Shown here: positions 26,712-39,342 of the stretch, piece after piece
Numbering within the stretch: the stretch's first letter is position 1
Layout of the letters: each line of letters starts with the position of its first letter
From: Mobula hypostoma
Taxonomy: Eukaryota
Direction of reading: 5' to 3'
Length of the DNA: 64,000 nucleotides
NCBI RefSeq assembly: GCF_963921235.1
Contig: NC_086108.1
Location: forward strand, 53,818,001-53,882,000
Translations under genes and position numbers: made by a program
Notes under the pieces: generated by a model
What the model was told of the DNA's origin: nothing
Databases searched by the model: none
The model's input: the letters and a program-made list of their open reading frames with translations, nothing else

Positions 26712-27812
26712 TTTTTGGTGAGAGTGCCTTCACTGCTCCCTCATTCAGATTTCAATTTAAAGTGACAGATCAAATCACAATTGCATCTTCAGGACTTGTT
26801 CTGCATTTTAGAGAGGCTCCAGCAACTTATTCTAACTTGCTGCAATTTACATCTTACCAGATTAGGGTAGGGAAGAAATGAGTGAGGCCCTTTCCTCTAA
26901 ACTGGAATTAAGATGCATTTAGCTATAAATAGTTGGGAGTGAGGGGCACATATCTTCCAACAGCCTACCAACTGATACTCTTATAACTACCAGAACTTAT
27001 AAGCTATACTTACCAGATCATAGATAAACTAGTTGTCTGCATGGTGATTTCCCTGTCTACCGATCCTGTAGGGATCTTTGCTAAAATGCTGAATTCTCCA
27101 GATCTCAGCTTCATGCTAGAACGTGCCAGCTCTGACATTAGTAGATAGCCCCTCTATCAACCATGTGGCAACTTCGATCCATGACAACGCAAAGACAGAA
27201 GTACATCTGGTCCTGTTAAACTTACAAATCTTTACTTTTCATCCCTTGCCCATTGTTTTGCTACTAACAGCCTTTATGATATAATGACAATTCACTCGGG
27301 GTTTATTTCTATGTTTAACCACAATATTTTTTTATTGGCAACTGGATTGCACTCTCTTTGCGGCCCAGGCCCTGCTGAGACTAGATGCTTTCCTGTATTT
27401 AGGTAATTTCAACCCATTTTCCAGGACCAGTGAGTGATGAAGCTAATTTAGCAGTGAATGACAATCTTGCTCTGAACTGCCAAGGGAATGTCTGGTGTGG
27501 AAATGTGAATTTACTTTGGTGGAGTGGCTGTTCCTCTGAACCTGGGCCAAGGCATATTTTTGGAGGGCAATGGAAGGAGCAGGGGAATGCTCGATACTGA
27601 CAGTGACTGCAAAGAATAAAACCTCTTGTTACTTATGTTACCTCAAGCAATGCACACTTACAAAATAAACATCAGTAGTGAAAAACCTGTGGCATTTATA
27701 AGTTAAGCAAGAGAGGTTTTATATTTCCTTGTAAGGATATGAAGTATGTTTGACTCATGTTCAGGGTTAATATTATAGACATTAATAAGTATTTCCTTTT
27801 GGTTTCCTCCAG

Positions 27813-27881
27813 GAACAGATTTACCAGATGATACTCAGTTGCAGCAATCCACCCCAGCATGGAACAGTTCCAGTGATTCAG
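27813..27881 (+). CDS. ROR1: ROR1 exon 2 (69 bp, phase 1/1), N-terminal linker before the Ig domain
   Basis: Polypyrimidine tract and AG (tttccttttggtttcctccag) precede it, and a strong donor CAG|gtaagc follows. It reads xTDLPDDTQLQQSTPAWNSSSDS and splices in frame to exon 3 to give ...[19 protein letters not shown]. This resembles human ROR1 ...PTSSWNISSELNKDSYLTLDEPM (recalled). Confidence 0.85.
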
Positions 27882-29109
27882 GTAAGCAATTCTTTATTAT
27901 CATAAGGCTCAGTGCAAAACAGAAAGGTACGCCCACCATCCATCCACAATCTCCTCCCTGCAAAAAATTCCAACACATCTGCCATACTGTACATACAACT
28001 GCATTGACACTATTAGTATTCTCAAACTCGAACTGGAAGACACTCTGGAAAAATGAAATATTTGTTCTACATCTGCAAGTGATTTTACTGAGTATTTGTT
28101 TTGCTGAGGCCTCGCTTGAGACATTGGGACACCAAAATGATACTGTAATTCAAACAGGATGTGTGTTTCAATGATCTCTCGAAGTCCTTGAGCTTTGATG
28201 AGGTCATCCTGTGGTAGTTAGAGGGCTCTGTAGCTGACACTCCAGTGAAATCACATGGTTTCAAATTAAGCAATCTTTACTCAAAAACATAACATTTTAT
28301 GAAATAACTGCACATCTCATAAGGTATGGTTTTCTGGAACTCTCATTTATCTCTCCCTTCCTTTCATTAAGAGAAACAGAAAAGCTTACTACTGCTTCCA
28401 CCTCTTGATTGAAGCTTTTCCCAGTTTATTCAATGTGGTCTTCCTCAAAAGTCACCAATCCCCACTGTTACAAACAACCATTATTCTTCCTGCTGTTTTT
28501 GTGGCTATTCTAATTGGAAGTTTAAACAGACTGAGGCTCTTTAGAGGGAGAAGACTAAGCATATTGTGGTTTCTAAAATTATGAAAGAGTTTGTTATGAT
28601 AGCCACGCATATGTTTCTGCTTGTGGTGAAGTCCAAAACGAAATGTCATTAATATCAGACAGTAATAAATCCCAAAGCGAATTCAGAAGAATCATCTTTA
28701 GCTCTGGGTGGTTAGAATATGGGATTTGCAATCTTGAGGAATGATTGAGGCAAGAAGCATAGATTAATTTCCGGGAAGCCTTGGTACATACAGTATTGTG
28801 AAGGGCAAAAGGAATAGAAGATTATTCTGATTGAGTTAAATGAAAACTATTGAAGGGGGTCTGTTTGGGGTTAAACCGGTCAAGTACATTCAAAGCTATT
28901 CTAGATGATTACTATTCATGCCTCAGGAATTTTGCTTGTGACTTTGAGGGTGTGAAAGAGCTTCTTATACCAAGTTTTATTCAGAGATAAAGTTGCTGCA
29001 GGCAATTGCAAAGTTATAGCTAGCAAATTAATAAACTTCAAGAGGAAAGCAGTGAGAGATTTTCTGCCTCTCTTACACCCAATGGAAACTAATATCAGGG
29101 TATTGATAA

Positions 29110-29335
29110 ACTTATGGTTAGTTTAACACAATTACAGCAGCAGTGACCTGGGTTCAATTCCTCCCGCTCTCTTGTATGTTCTTCCTGTGACTGCGTGGGT
29201 TTCCTCTGGGTGCTTCAGTTTCCTCCCACAATCCAAAGCCGAATGGGTTACTAGGTTAATTGATCTCATGAGTGTAATTGGCCGGCACTGGCTTGTGGGC
29301 TGGAAGGGCTTGTTATGGTGCTGTATCTCTAAATA
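29110..29335 (+). mobile_element. tRNA-derived SINE
   Basis: B-box-like gggttcaattcc followed by gtgactgcgtgggtttcctctgggtgcttcagtttcctcccacaatccaaag. Confidence 0.65.
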
Positions 29336-29964
29336 GATTTTTTTAAAAATTCTTAAGTCTACTTCTTCTAGCTGTTCTCAATAATAATAATTGCAAAGTT
29401 GTGTCAAAAGCTCAGTGAGTGAATGCAGCAGTTGGTCTGCTTTTGAATGTATAAAGCAAGGTGTTTCCAGGTCCAGGGCATGGTCTGTGGTGAGCAAGCT
29501 AGTCTCTGACAGGCAAAGATTCTCCAGTTCCTTTCTAAACTGCAGGCACTGTGAGGGAAACTTGGGAGGAGACCTTATGGTAATACTTCCTGAAAATATA
29601 TGTGTGGCGATCATAGAGTGAGCCAAATTGAAATTAGCTTTAGCACTTTCAACTGAGGAATAACCCAGTGACAGTCCATATAAAGGCAATACCCATTAAA
29701 AGTCCTTCATGAGACTTCAACTTTGGGAAAGGATACTTGAAACAGAAGAGGAATTCATTAAATTGGTTACCTGTGTATCTCCATTGTATCTTCATTTCTG
29801 GACAGTGGATGGATGTACATTTCTACTCAAAGGAAATCTGTGGGTGATATCTTCAAATGGGAAGTGACTATTTCTACAATTGTTGCTGCAACATAAACCA
29901 TTTCTCCTAGAATTTCAAATGCTTTAAGTTACCGAAATGTTCTTCTTGTAATGCATCTCCAGGA

Positions 29965-30960
29965 ATCAGTAAGGATAGGCAGCAGTATCTCTACCATGAT
30001 TATTCTCAGTGCTGGTACCCCACAGGGCTGTGACCCTAGCCCCCTAATTACTTGCTAAATACTCACAGCAATGTGGCCAGTGTCTGCTTTTACTCCATCA
30101 ACAAGTTTGCAGATGGCACCACTGTGGTGGGCTGTATCTCAATTAATGAGTCAGAGTATAGGAAAGAGATTGAAAACCTAGTGATAAGGTGTCATGACAA
30201 CAACCTTTTCCTCAATGTCAGCAAAAAATTGGTCATTGACTTCAGGAAGGGGGTGGGGCACGTGCTTCTGTTTACATCAATGGTACTGAGGTGCATCATG
30301 GTTTGGCATAGCAACTGCTCTATCCGACTGCAAGAAACTGCGGAGAGCTGTGGACATATTACAGAAACCAGCCTCGCCTCCATGGACTTTATGGTCTATC
30401 CTTTTTGCTGCAGTGGTAAAGCAACCAACATGAGTAAAAACCCCACCTAATCTAGACATTCTCTCTTCAAGCAGCGGATACTAAAGTCTGAAAGAAGGTA
30501 CCACCAGGCTCAACGACAGCTTCTATTTTCCTGTTGTCGGAATATTGAATAGTCATCTATCATGATAAGATGGATTCGTAACTTCACAATGTACCTCGTT
30601 ATGGTCTTGCGCCTTCTTGCCTTCCTGCTCTACACTTTCTATGTAACCGCTAACACTTTGATGTTGCAGTGTTCGTTGGGTTTGGCAATCAGCTTGCAGA
30701 CGCTTCATTGCCCGTCAAGGTGACATTGCGACTGGTGATGAAACGTCTGCAAGCTAACAGCCAAACTCAGCAAACACCGGAACGTAAGAAGCCTCAACCC
30801 GAGCTACCAGTATTCATCACCGTCCTAAACTGTAATACTTTATCTGACATTCTCTGATTGTTTTCCCTTGTGCTACCTCAGTGCATGATGTGATGAAGTG
30901 ATCTGTATGGTGGCATGCAAAGCAAAGCTTTTCAACTGTACATGTGAAAACAATTTACCA
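29965..30960 (+). mobile_element. decayed Rex1/Babar-type LINE 3' part
   Basis: GTPQGCD, SINKFADGTTVVGCISINESEYRKEIENL..CHDNNLFLNVSK. Confidence 0.75.
30660..30828. mobile_element. palindromic insertion of a second Penelope-like family with a partial hammerhead
   Basis: The arms agcttgcagacgcttcattgcccgtc and gactggtgatgaaacgtctgcaagct are inverted. The right arm carries ggtgat-GAAACGTC. The sequence is unrelated to the main pLTR family. Confidence 0.55.
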
Positions 30961-31644
30961 ATTTAATTTACCGAAGAGAGACTGAGAAGTCTAAATGGAA
31001 AATCAGCTCCACTCAGTTACATCCACAACATACTTTTTTTAAAAAATCATACATATGTATGTGCTTTCTGTGGCAATATTTTCCATCTTAAATTCCTATG
31101 TCCATTATGACTAATAAAAATTACATTGTTGCATACCATATTTGCAGACTGGAAATATTATCCGTCTTCCAAATGTTGCTAAGTATTATAAAACCAATCT
31201 ATAACAAGAACAAAACGAGCTAATTATAACTTGAGGTGATGAATAATTCCCCCGCCTTTTATTCACACTTAAACCTGGGCATCTGTGCATTCTAAAAAAT
31301 CTACACTTACTTCTACCTTCCTTTCTTTAAAGTATCCCTGCAACTGTACTGAAACTTCTATACTGTATTACTATATTTAAGTTGAGGTATTTTTGTTGAG
31401 GTTCCTTCCAAATTTGAACTTTGTTACAGTACATGGTGAATTTCCATTGTTTATAGAGGAGTTGAAGACAGATTTTTTTTTATAAAGCCAAACCTGTGAT
31501 TACAACTGCCCAATTTTATTTGTTAGATTTGCAGACTGCTTGTTGTTTTCATATGTTCTTAGTAAGTTCATTTAAGTTTATGTCCTGACCAACTATTTCC
31601 TATTTCCTTTCAGTTTTTGGTTTATTGCTATGCAACATATACTT

Positions 31645-32015
31645 CTTAATAATAACTTTATTTTGTATAGCATCTTTCATACATTAAGATGTGTTATGGA
31701 CTAGCACATGCTCAATTGTAGTTTTTTTCCAACGCTCGCTGTAAATAGATTGTAATGATAAATCAATGTAATCATAAAGATACTAGACAAAATTAAAAAA
31801 CATCAATAAAGACATTGTATGGAATAAAATGTAATTGAATATACCAAATTATATAAATGTAATCAGCATCAACAGGCATTAAGTAATCCTGTAAATAAGC
31901 CAAATTTTAAAAAGTAGGTTTTTAGCAGTGTTTTGAAACGTTCCACTGTGTATCTCAGTTCCTGTATCTCAGTCAGCAGAGTATTCCAGATTTTTGGTGC
32001 AAAAAAGCAAATTTT
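31645..32015 (-). mobile_element. L2-type LINE 3' end
   Basis: ORF 31869-32102 contains FFAPKIWNTL..EIQE...VERFKTLLKTYF, the typical L2 ORF2 C-terminus. Confidence 0.65.
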
Positions 32016-33114
32016 TTGAAGCACTGTTATTAACTTACAAGACTGCATGACTTTAAGTAGAGATCCCACTTTACTTGTGGAATTAGATTGGACAAATGCC
32101 AAAAATATAAACGTTGCAATCAGGATAAAGATTAAATCCCTACGTTTGAAACTATGGGTATTTGTGTTCTGGGAGAGCTTATATTGATTTCAACTTTTCT
32201 TTGCAGTGGGATATAAGTTGAATGTGATAGATAGGAAATGTGCATTATACTTATCATTTATTGAAATTAATAGTTACATGCCATCAGATTCTTCATGGTT
32301 CTGCCCACAGAAAGTTGTAAGAATTGTGATTATCTAATTGCAAAAGGACAATGCTATGTAACATATGTTGATGCTTTTTGGTTGTTTGACGTTATTTTTT
32401 GATGTTATTTTTCATTCCAAAAATTGGAGTTTACATTGTTATGAGGGATTCTGTATAACATTGCAAATGTGGAAGGTTGTATGGTGTTGATCCCAAATAA
32501 AATATGTTGACAATAATTCTGCTTTGATTTCTTTGTATCTAGTGTAGTATTGTAATTCTGTATCCACTAGATATAGATTAGAAAACTTGGCCGAAGATCT
32601 GTACTTGCGCCTTTCCAGAATTAGAAGAAGGATGTGCATATCTTATAACGTGCTTGGAAGTTTTTATTAGAAATGTACTTCTTCACTAACGGTTTGCAAT
32701 GACTGCATCACAGAAATGTTCATTGAGGATTTTTAGCAGCACACAGATCAGGCTTAGTTATCCTGAGGTCAGCCAGTAAGTGTCGAATCACATTCATACT
32801 ACCTAAACAACATGATACAAACCACCAGCGTTTCCAGGCTTCCACTTTAATATTTGGAAATCTAGGAAATCACTGGAAAATAATTATCTGTTGATTTGTA
32901 TCTTCCTGAGTAGATTTACTTGTTTGCAACTATGCTTTTCACCATTTTCCCCATCCCATTCTTGTACAAAAACATTAGTTTGCCCTGGTTTGTTTATTCC
33001 CCTCTCCAGCCAAATATGCTGAGACTAACTGTAGTATATCATTTGATTGAGATCAGATTGTGAGCCAATAAATGTATAGATTATATTTGGAACTTCCCTG
33101 GGTCTGTGTGGCTA

Positions 33115-34668
33115 GGTGGCTTACAATATAAACTTGTTTAAACTAGAATTGCTGGGGGGGAGGGATGGGAACTGTACTGAAGAGATAGAGGAAGGGGTGG
33201 TTGGCACACAAATAGAGAAAGCTTGTAGGCAGTGTGAGAGGGAGGATAGGCAGGTGATAGAGAAGGGATGCGCTCAGACCGATGGTTTGAGATGCGTCTA
33301 TTTTAATGCAAGGAGTATTATGAACAAAGCGGATGAGCTTAGAGCGTGGATCAGTACTTGGAGCTATGATGTTGTGGCCAATACAGAGACTTGAATGGCT
33401 CAGGGGCAGGAATGGTTACTTAGAGTGCCAGATCTTAGATATTTCAGAAAGGACAAGGAGTGAGGCGAAAGAGGTGGGGGTGTGGCACTGCTGATCAGAG
33501 ATAGTGTCATGGCTGCAGAAAAGGAGGAAGTCATGGAGGAAGTGTCTACTGCGTCTCTGTGGGTGAAAGTTAGGAACAGGGAGGGGTCAATAACTCTACT
33601 GGGTGTTTTTTACAGACCACCCAATAGTAACAGGGACATCGAGGAGCAGATGGGGAGTCAGATTCTGGAAAGGTGTAATAATAACAGGGTGGTTGTGGTG
33701 GGAGATTTTAATTTCCCAAATATTGATTGTCATCTCCCTAGAGCAAGGGGTTTAGGTGGGGTGGGGTGGAGTTTTTTAGGTGTGTTCAGGAAGGTTTCCT
33801 GACACAATATGCAGATAACCTACAAGAGGAGAGGCTGTACTTGATCTGGTATTGGGAAATGAACCTGGTCAGGTTTCAGATCTCTCAGTGGGAGAGCATT
33901 TTGGAGATAGTGATCACAATTCTATCTCCTTTTCCATAGCATTGGAGAGGGATAGAAACAGACAAGTTAGGAAAGTGTTTAATTGGAGTAAGGGAAATAT
34001 GAAGCTATCAGGCAGGAACTTGGAAGCATATATTTGGAACAGATGTTCTCAGGGGAATGTACAGCAGAAATGTGGTAAATGTTCAGAGGATATTTGTGTG
34101 GAGTTCTGCATAGGAACATTCCAATGAGACAGGGGAAGGATGGTAGGGTACAGGAGCCGTGGTGTACAAAGGCTGTTGTAAATTTAGTCAAGAAGGAAAG
34201 AAGAGCTTACAAAAAGTTCAAAAAACCAGGTCATGATAGAGATCTAGGAGATTATAAGGCTTGCAGGAACTCGGCCTTTTCTCCTTAGAGAAATGGAGGA
34301 TGAGAGATGACCTGATAGAGGTGTATAAGATGATGAGAGTCATTGATCGTGTGGATAGTCGGAGGCTTTTTCCCTAGGGCTGAAATGGCTAACACGAGAG
34401 GGCACAGTTTTAAGGTGCTTGAAGTAGGTACAGAGGAGATGTCAGGAGTAAGTTTTTTACGCAGAGAGTGGTGAGTGAGTGGAATGGGTTGCCGGCGATG
34501 GTGGTGGAGGCGGATACAATAGGGTCTTTTAAAAGACTCCTGCATAGGGACATGGAGCTTAAAAAAATAGAGGGCTATGGGTAACCCTAGGTAATTTCTA
34601 ATGTAAGTACATGTTTGGCACAGCATTGTGGACCGAAGGGCCTGTATTGTGCTGTAGGTTTCTATGTT
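33115..34668 (+). mobile_element. internally deleted CR1 LINE (APE endonuclease joined to 3' end)
   Basis: CVYFNARSIMNKADEL..YDVVANTET, GVFYRPPN, VVGDFNFPNID and HFGDSDHN are present. At about 34265 the sequence jumps to RMRDDLIEVYK and the 3' UTR with no RT core. Confidence 0.85.
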
Positions 34669-36365
34669 ATCTTTCAAGAAAACATTCTAATGTTCTGCAC
34701 ATTGATTCAAAACAAACACAGAAGAAGATTGAGATTCAGATTCATTTATTTATCACATGTCCAGTGAAATACATCCTTTGCATTAACAACCAGCTATAAG
34801 AGACGTGGTCTTTTTGACTACAATTATCTGATGCCATTACACAGTGATGGGTAATCTTGCCAGTTTTGCTCTCCTTGTGTGAGAATGGGGAGAACTCTGA
34901 AACCGACCAGTACTAATAAGATTGAAAATGTTCTATGGTAGAGGTACACACAGTACTAGTGAATAGTCATAATTATAAATCAATTCCCTGGCCCCCTCAC
35001 TTGAGACGTCTCCATGTCTATGTTACAGAGTGGGTGTAACATTGGTAAAGCCCTATTTAGCCCAGGCAATATTAATATATTGCCATGCTAACTGTCCTAT
35101 CACTGATTGTTTGGTGAACAGGAATGACTGATTTTGCGCTGTATATATTAGATCGCTGATGTCTGCCAGCCTGACTGCCCTGTTAGCATTAATGCTTAGC
35201 TTTAAACATAGCTACGATGGGCTTGATTTCCTCCCGTACTAATGGTGCGGCACGAGTTAGGGTGCGTACCTAACCCAGAACTTCATGCGTAGGGTCATTG
35301 GTCAAGTTGATCATGGAGGCTACCACATTTAAGCCTTTGTACTTCAACTTCCTCACATCAATCAGACATTTTCTTTGTGAACCATGCGACAGTAACTAAT
35401 TTTTACACATCGCAGATCAAAAGATCTCCTGCTGCAGAGTAGGGACCAACCCCAGAGTCTTAATGTCCTTTTCAAAATATTGTCTTGGCTCTTTACAGTT
35501 CGTGGGCTCATTTTGTACATAAAATTGGTGCTGCTTTTCATACATTTCAATCGAATTTTCTTGGATATAAAGCCATTTGGGAAAACTGAGGTTATAAAAG
35601 ATTCATAGTGTATTTTTCCTTTCCCCTTAATACCCTTTATGGATTAAATCTTTATTGGTGCTTAGCAACTGTACTGGGAAAACTGTTGTACTGGGAATAC
35701 TGATATTTACTTGAAGCATATAAGGGTGACGCCCATGGAATTGTCCCCCCGCCTGAGTAGGTATCTCCATGAGAGAAAATAGCTGGAGGAAAATGTGACT
35801 GAACTAAGTAACTGGAGTAACTGAAATGTAGAAGCTATTTTTTTAATTTAAAAAGTTGTAACAGCCCAAAGTCCCTGCAGAATCTGAGATAAGTTTAAAG
35901 TGAAGCAAGCACTGCATATGGCTGCCAACACAAACCCAGCAGAGAATTAGCTTATGTTCTGAATAAAGTTGCTGTGGAAAATGTAAAGCATTTCTTTGTG
36001 GTATAAAACAAAGAATGGTTGTTCTGGGGTTAATTCTCAACAGAAAGTAACAGGGGGTGGTTGGAGGGAGGGAATTGAGAGCTGAATTTCTAAATGATTT
36101 TAATTAAAATTACCATTGTGCACTATAAAGATTCTCTGTCTGCAGTGAGGGGATCTCAGATTCATCTTAATAAATAAATATCATTAATTAGTTAGATTCA
36201 GTATATTGGCAAATTAATTCTCTGATGTTGGAACAGTGGCAAAGGAGTTTTTTAATCAGGTGTTATATGTTGGATGAAAAATTTTTAAAAACTGCAGATG
36301 ATGGAAATTTTAAACCAAAAACAGAAAATGCTGTAAGTATTCAGCAGGTCCAGTTGCTTCTAAGG

Positions 36366-36990
36366 CTGGGGTATTCAACCTGGGGTCCACAGCCTCCTTG
36401 GTTAATGGTAGGGGTCCATGGCATAAATATATGATACTGACGGACTTTTACCGCTGTACCATTGAGAGCATACTCACCAACTGCATCTCAGTGTGGTATG
36501 GCAATTTTCCCGTATTGGACTGCAAAGCACTCCAGCGTGTGGTGAAAACTGCCCAGCGGATTATCAGCACCCAATTGCCCACCATTGAGAACATCCACTA
36601 TAAACGCTGCCTGGGCAGGGCGAAAAGCATTATCAGGGATGCATCTCACCCTAACCATGGACTTTTTACTCTCCTCCCATCCGGTAGGTGCTACAGGAGC
36701 CTCCGCTCCCGCACAAGTAGACACAGGAACAGCTTCTTCCCAGAGGCTGTGACACTGCTGAACCTCTCATCACAGCATGAAGCAGTATTGCATCCGTATT
36801 GTACTGTCTCAGTACTTCTATATTTGTGTGCTGTAGCACATTTCTTATTCGCAGTTATTTCGTAAATAACACTATTCTCTGCATTTCTGGTCAGATGCTA
36901 AATGTATTTCATTGGCTTTGTATCTGTACTCGGCACAATGACAATAAAGTTGAATCTAATTGAATCTAATAAAAAAGGTTGGGAAGCCTA
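36366..36990. mobile_element. hAT MITE (inverted relative to 44331-44408), split by a LINE
   Basis: ctggggtattcaacctggggtccacag...catggcataaa | LINE | aaaaaaggttgggaagcc. Confidence 0.7.
36428..36970 (+). mobile_element. young 5'-truncated Rex1/Babar-type LINE
   Basis: Open reading ILTDFYRCTIESILTNCISVWYG...LQRVVKTAQRII...HPNHGLFTLLPSGRCYRS...NSFFPEAVTLLN, with tail acaataaagttgaatctaattgaatctaat. Confidence 0.88.
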
Positions 36991-37354
36991 GGGTCAACAT
37001 TGCAGGTTGTTGACCCTTCATCAGAAACAGAAATATTGGCTCTTATTCTCTTTCTGCAAATATGGTCTAATCTGCTGAGCATTCCCAGCATTTTCTGTTT
37101 TTGTATTACTTGGTAAATCTTGACGAAGGGTTTGTGGCTCTCACCAACGAAAGCAGTGCACCAAGAGGTCGAAAGAAAGATCTAAACGCAGCCAGTATAA
37201 TATTGTCAGCTTTGACATAGTCACGTCTGATTCAGAAGTTTGTGTTTAGACCCAATTTTAGAAACCTGGGCATGCAAAGCATGCGAGTCTTCGGTGTCAT
37301 GTTGAAGGAATGATGTGTGGTTGAAGGCACATTTTAGATGAGGTGTTAAACCAC

Positions 37355-37472
37355 CTCTGGTACATGGAGCTTAGAAAAATAGAGGGCTATGGGTAACCCG
37401 AGGTAACTCCTAAAGTAAGTACATGTTGGGCACAGCATTGTGGGCTGAAGGGCCTGTATTGTGCTGTAGGTA
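37355..37472 (+). mobile_element. CR1 3' tail, same subfamily as 34545-34660
   Basis: acatggagcttagaaaaatagagggctatgggtaaccc...gggcctgtattgtgctgtagg is near-identical to the end of the 33115 element. Confidence 0.8.
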
Positions 37473-37547
37473 TTGTCCTCCGGCTGCAAGTGAAGGATCA
37501 AATGGCATTCTGAGAATGAGCATGGAAAGTGCCACAAACAGCAATAA

Positions 37548-37703
37548 AATAACATGCACAACACGCTGGAGGACCTCAGCAGGTCGGGCAGCATCCGTGG
37601 AAACAAACAGTCAACATTTCCACGGATGCAGCACGACCTGCTGAGTTCCTCCTGCGTGTTGTGCGTGTTGCTTTGACCCCAGCATCTGCAGGGTATTTTG
37701 TGT
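37548..37703. mobile_element. palindromic Penelope-like pLTR insertion with 9-bp TSD
   Basis: The arms gcacaacacgctggaggacctcagcaggtcgggcagcatccgtggaaa and tttccacggatgcagcacgacctgctgagttcctcctgcgtgttgtgc are inverted. The TSD cagcaataa lies at 37539-37547 and 37704-37712. Confidence 0.8.
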
Positions 37704-39054
37704 CAGCAATAAGATACATTTCTAGGGAATTTGTTATTCTGAAGGATAGATATTAGCCAGTAATCCTGTATTGCAGATATTTTGTGTACTATATTTGCCA
37801 TTACCCAAATGTCAGTGGTGGAATTGCTGTCTCCTCAAGTATCAAAGCAGAGCACAATAGCAATATAGAGCATTTTACTGGTGACCACGACATTTCCATC
37901 TGTTGAAACTCAACAGACTCGTGATGCAGTTTCACACAGCAGTTCATTTGTATTTTTCTGAGCCTGTGTAAAGGACGATGAATTGGACCTTGAACAACTG
38001 TATTTCTCAGCTACTCCTTGAGCAGTTTTAAAAATATAATTAAAGCGCACAATTTCTTGAAGAGACTGGGCGATTACAGAAGTTGCCTAATACAGTTTTA
38101 GTAATACCTTATCAGAGTCATTAAAATTTAGACTGTATTAGTGGGGTGGGGGTGTGGGGCTCATATTTAGAAGGTTTCAAAATATTAATTGACTTCCATG
38201 AGGCTGCCAGTTCTTTTGTATATCCTGTACCTTCAGACAGCCTTGATGATTCATTACCATATAATGCTAGTAGCTCCCACGTTGAACTACCAGTGGTTTG
38301 TCTCATCTTGAAAGAGAGTAACAAAGTGCTTGGAATTTACAAAGTAATCAGCAGATAATGCTGCCAAGAGAAGTACAAGCTGCAGCACTTAAAGGATGGC
38401 TCAATGGGTGTTAGCAGTTAAATGTGTTTTATGAGAAATACTAAAAAGAAATTGACTTTGAGAGTTTAGGTCTACAACATACCAAATTGTCCGAGGAGAG
38501 AAGATTTGTAAACAAGAGCAAGCTAAGACAGGAGAGAACTGTTTCAATCCCAGTGAATCGCTTTCCAAAGTTTTCAAGTTTACGTGATTATATTTCAAAC
38601 AAGATTTTTGCTTTTTAAGAGAAGGAGTTATTGTTTCACTATCATTTTCTTCATGTTTCCTACCTCACCCGAAGCACCACCTAACGATAGGGTACCATTT
38701 TGGAAGCTTGAACCCATGACCTCATAGGTCAGAGGTGAAAATGCTACCACTGAGCCCAGTTGAGTAAGGCCATTTGACTTCACTGATGCTTTTGACTCCT
38801 TTCTCTAATCAACTGAATGATGCAAGTTCTCATATTGTCTACTGGTTTAGTTGAGGTCAGCTAATTCAACATAGACAGTAGAACTAGGAAAAAATGTTTG
38901 CTGTCTGCGCTATGCCCTGTGATGAAATAATCCATTAACCCATCATTGCAGTACTTATTTTTTTAAATTACTGAATGCATTTTACATTTCTTTCTTATTA
39001 ACTGAATTGTTTTACTCACTTGCAGCTAAAGACTTTTTTAAATCTGCTTTTCAG

Positions 39055-39342
39055 ATTATTATCTAATCCTTGATGAGCCAATGAATAATATCACAACATC
39101 ACTTGGTCAAACTGCAGAGCTGTACTGTAAAGTGTCTGGCAATCCGGCACCTACCATCCGATGGCTGAAGAACGACGCTCCAGTTGTCCAGGAGCCACGG
39201 AGGATATCCTACCGACTAACTAACTATGGCTCCCGCCTACGAATACGAAACCTCGACACCACAGACACAGGTTATTTCCAGTGTGTGGCAACAAATGGGC
39301 AAAAGACTGTGTCAACTACAGGCGTGCTTTTTGTCAAATTTG
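39055..39342 (+). CDS. ROR1: ROR1 exon 3 (288 bp, phase 1/1), Ig-like domain
   Basis: Acceptor ctgcttttcag and donor G|gtaaga. It translates (D)[95 protein letters not shown](G), nearly identical to the ROR1 Ig domain. The motifs [29 protein letters not shown] and LFVKFG are ROR1-type rather than ROR2-type. Confidence 0.97.

Larger units (their letters stand above)
36288..37105. mobile_element. old palindromic Penelope-like insertion interrupted by a MITE and a LINE
   Basis: aaaacagaaaatgctgtaagtattcagcaggt on the left is inverted against atctgctgagcattcccagcattttctgtttt on the right, with gacccttcatcag at about 37013. Confidence 0.6.

Noticed and set aside
37115..37190. Possible extra hammerhead (ttgacga...cgaaag)
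   Set aside because: C3 is absent and I could not build convincing stems I and III.
39020..39054. Upstream alternative acceptor ttgcag at 39025
   Set aside because: It would add 29 nt and shift the frame. The 39054 acceptor gives the expected 288-bp exon.
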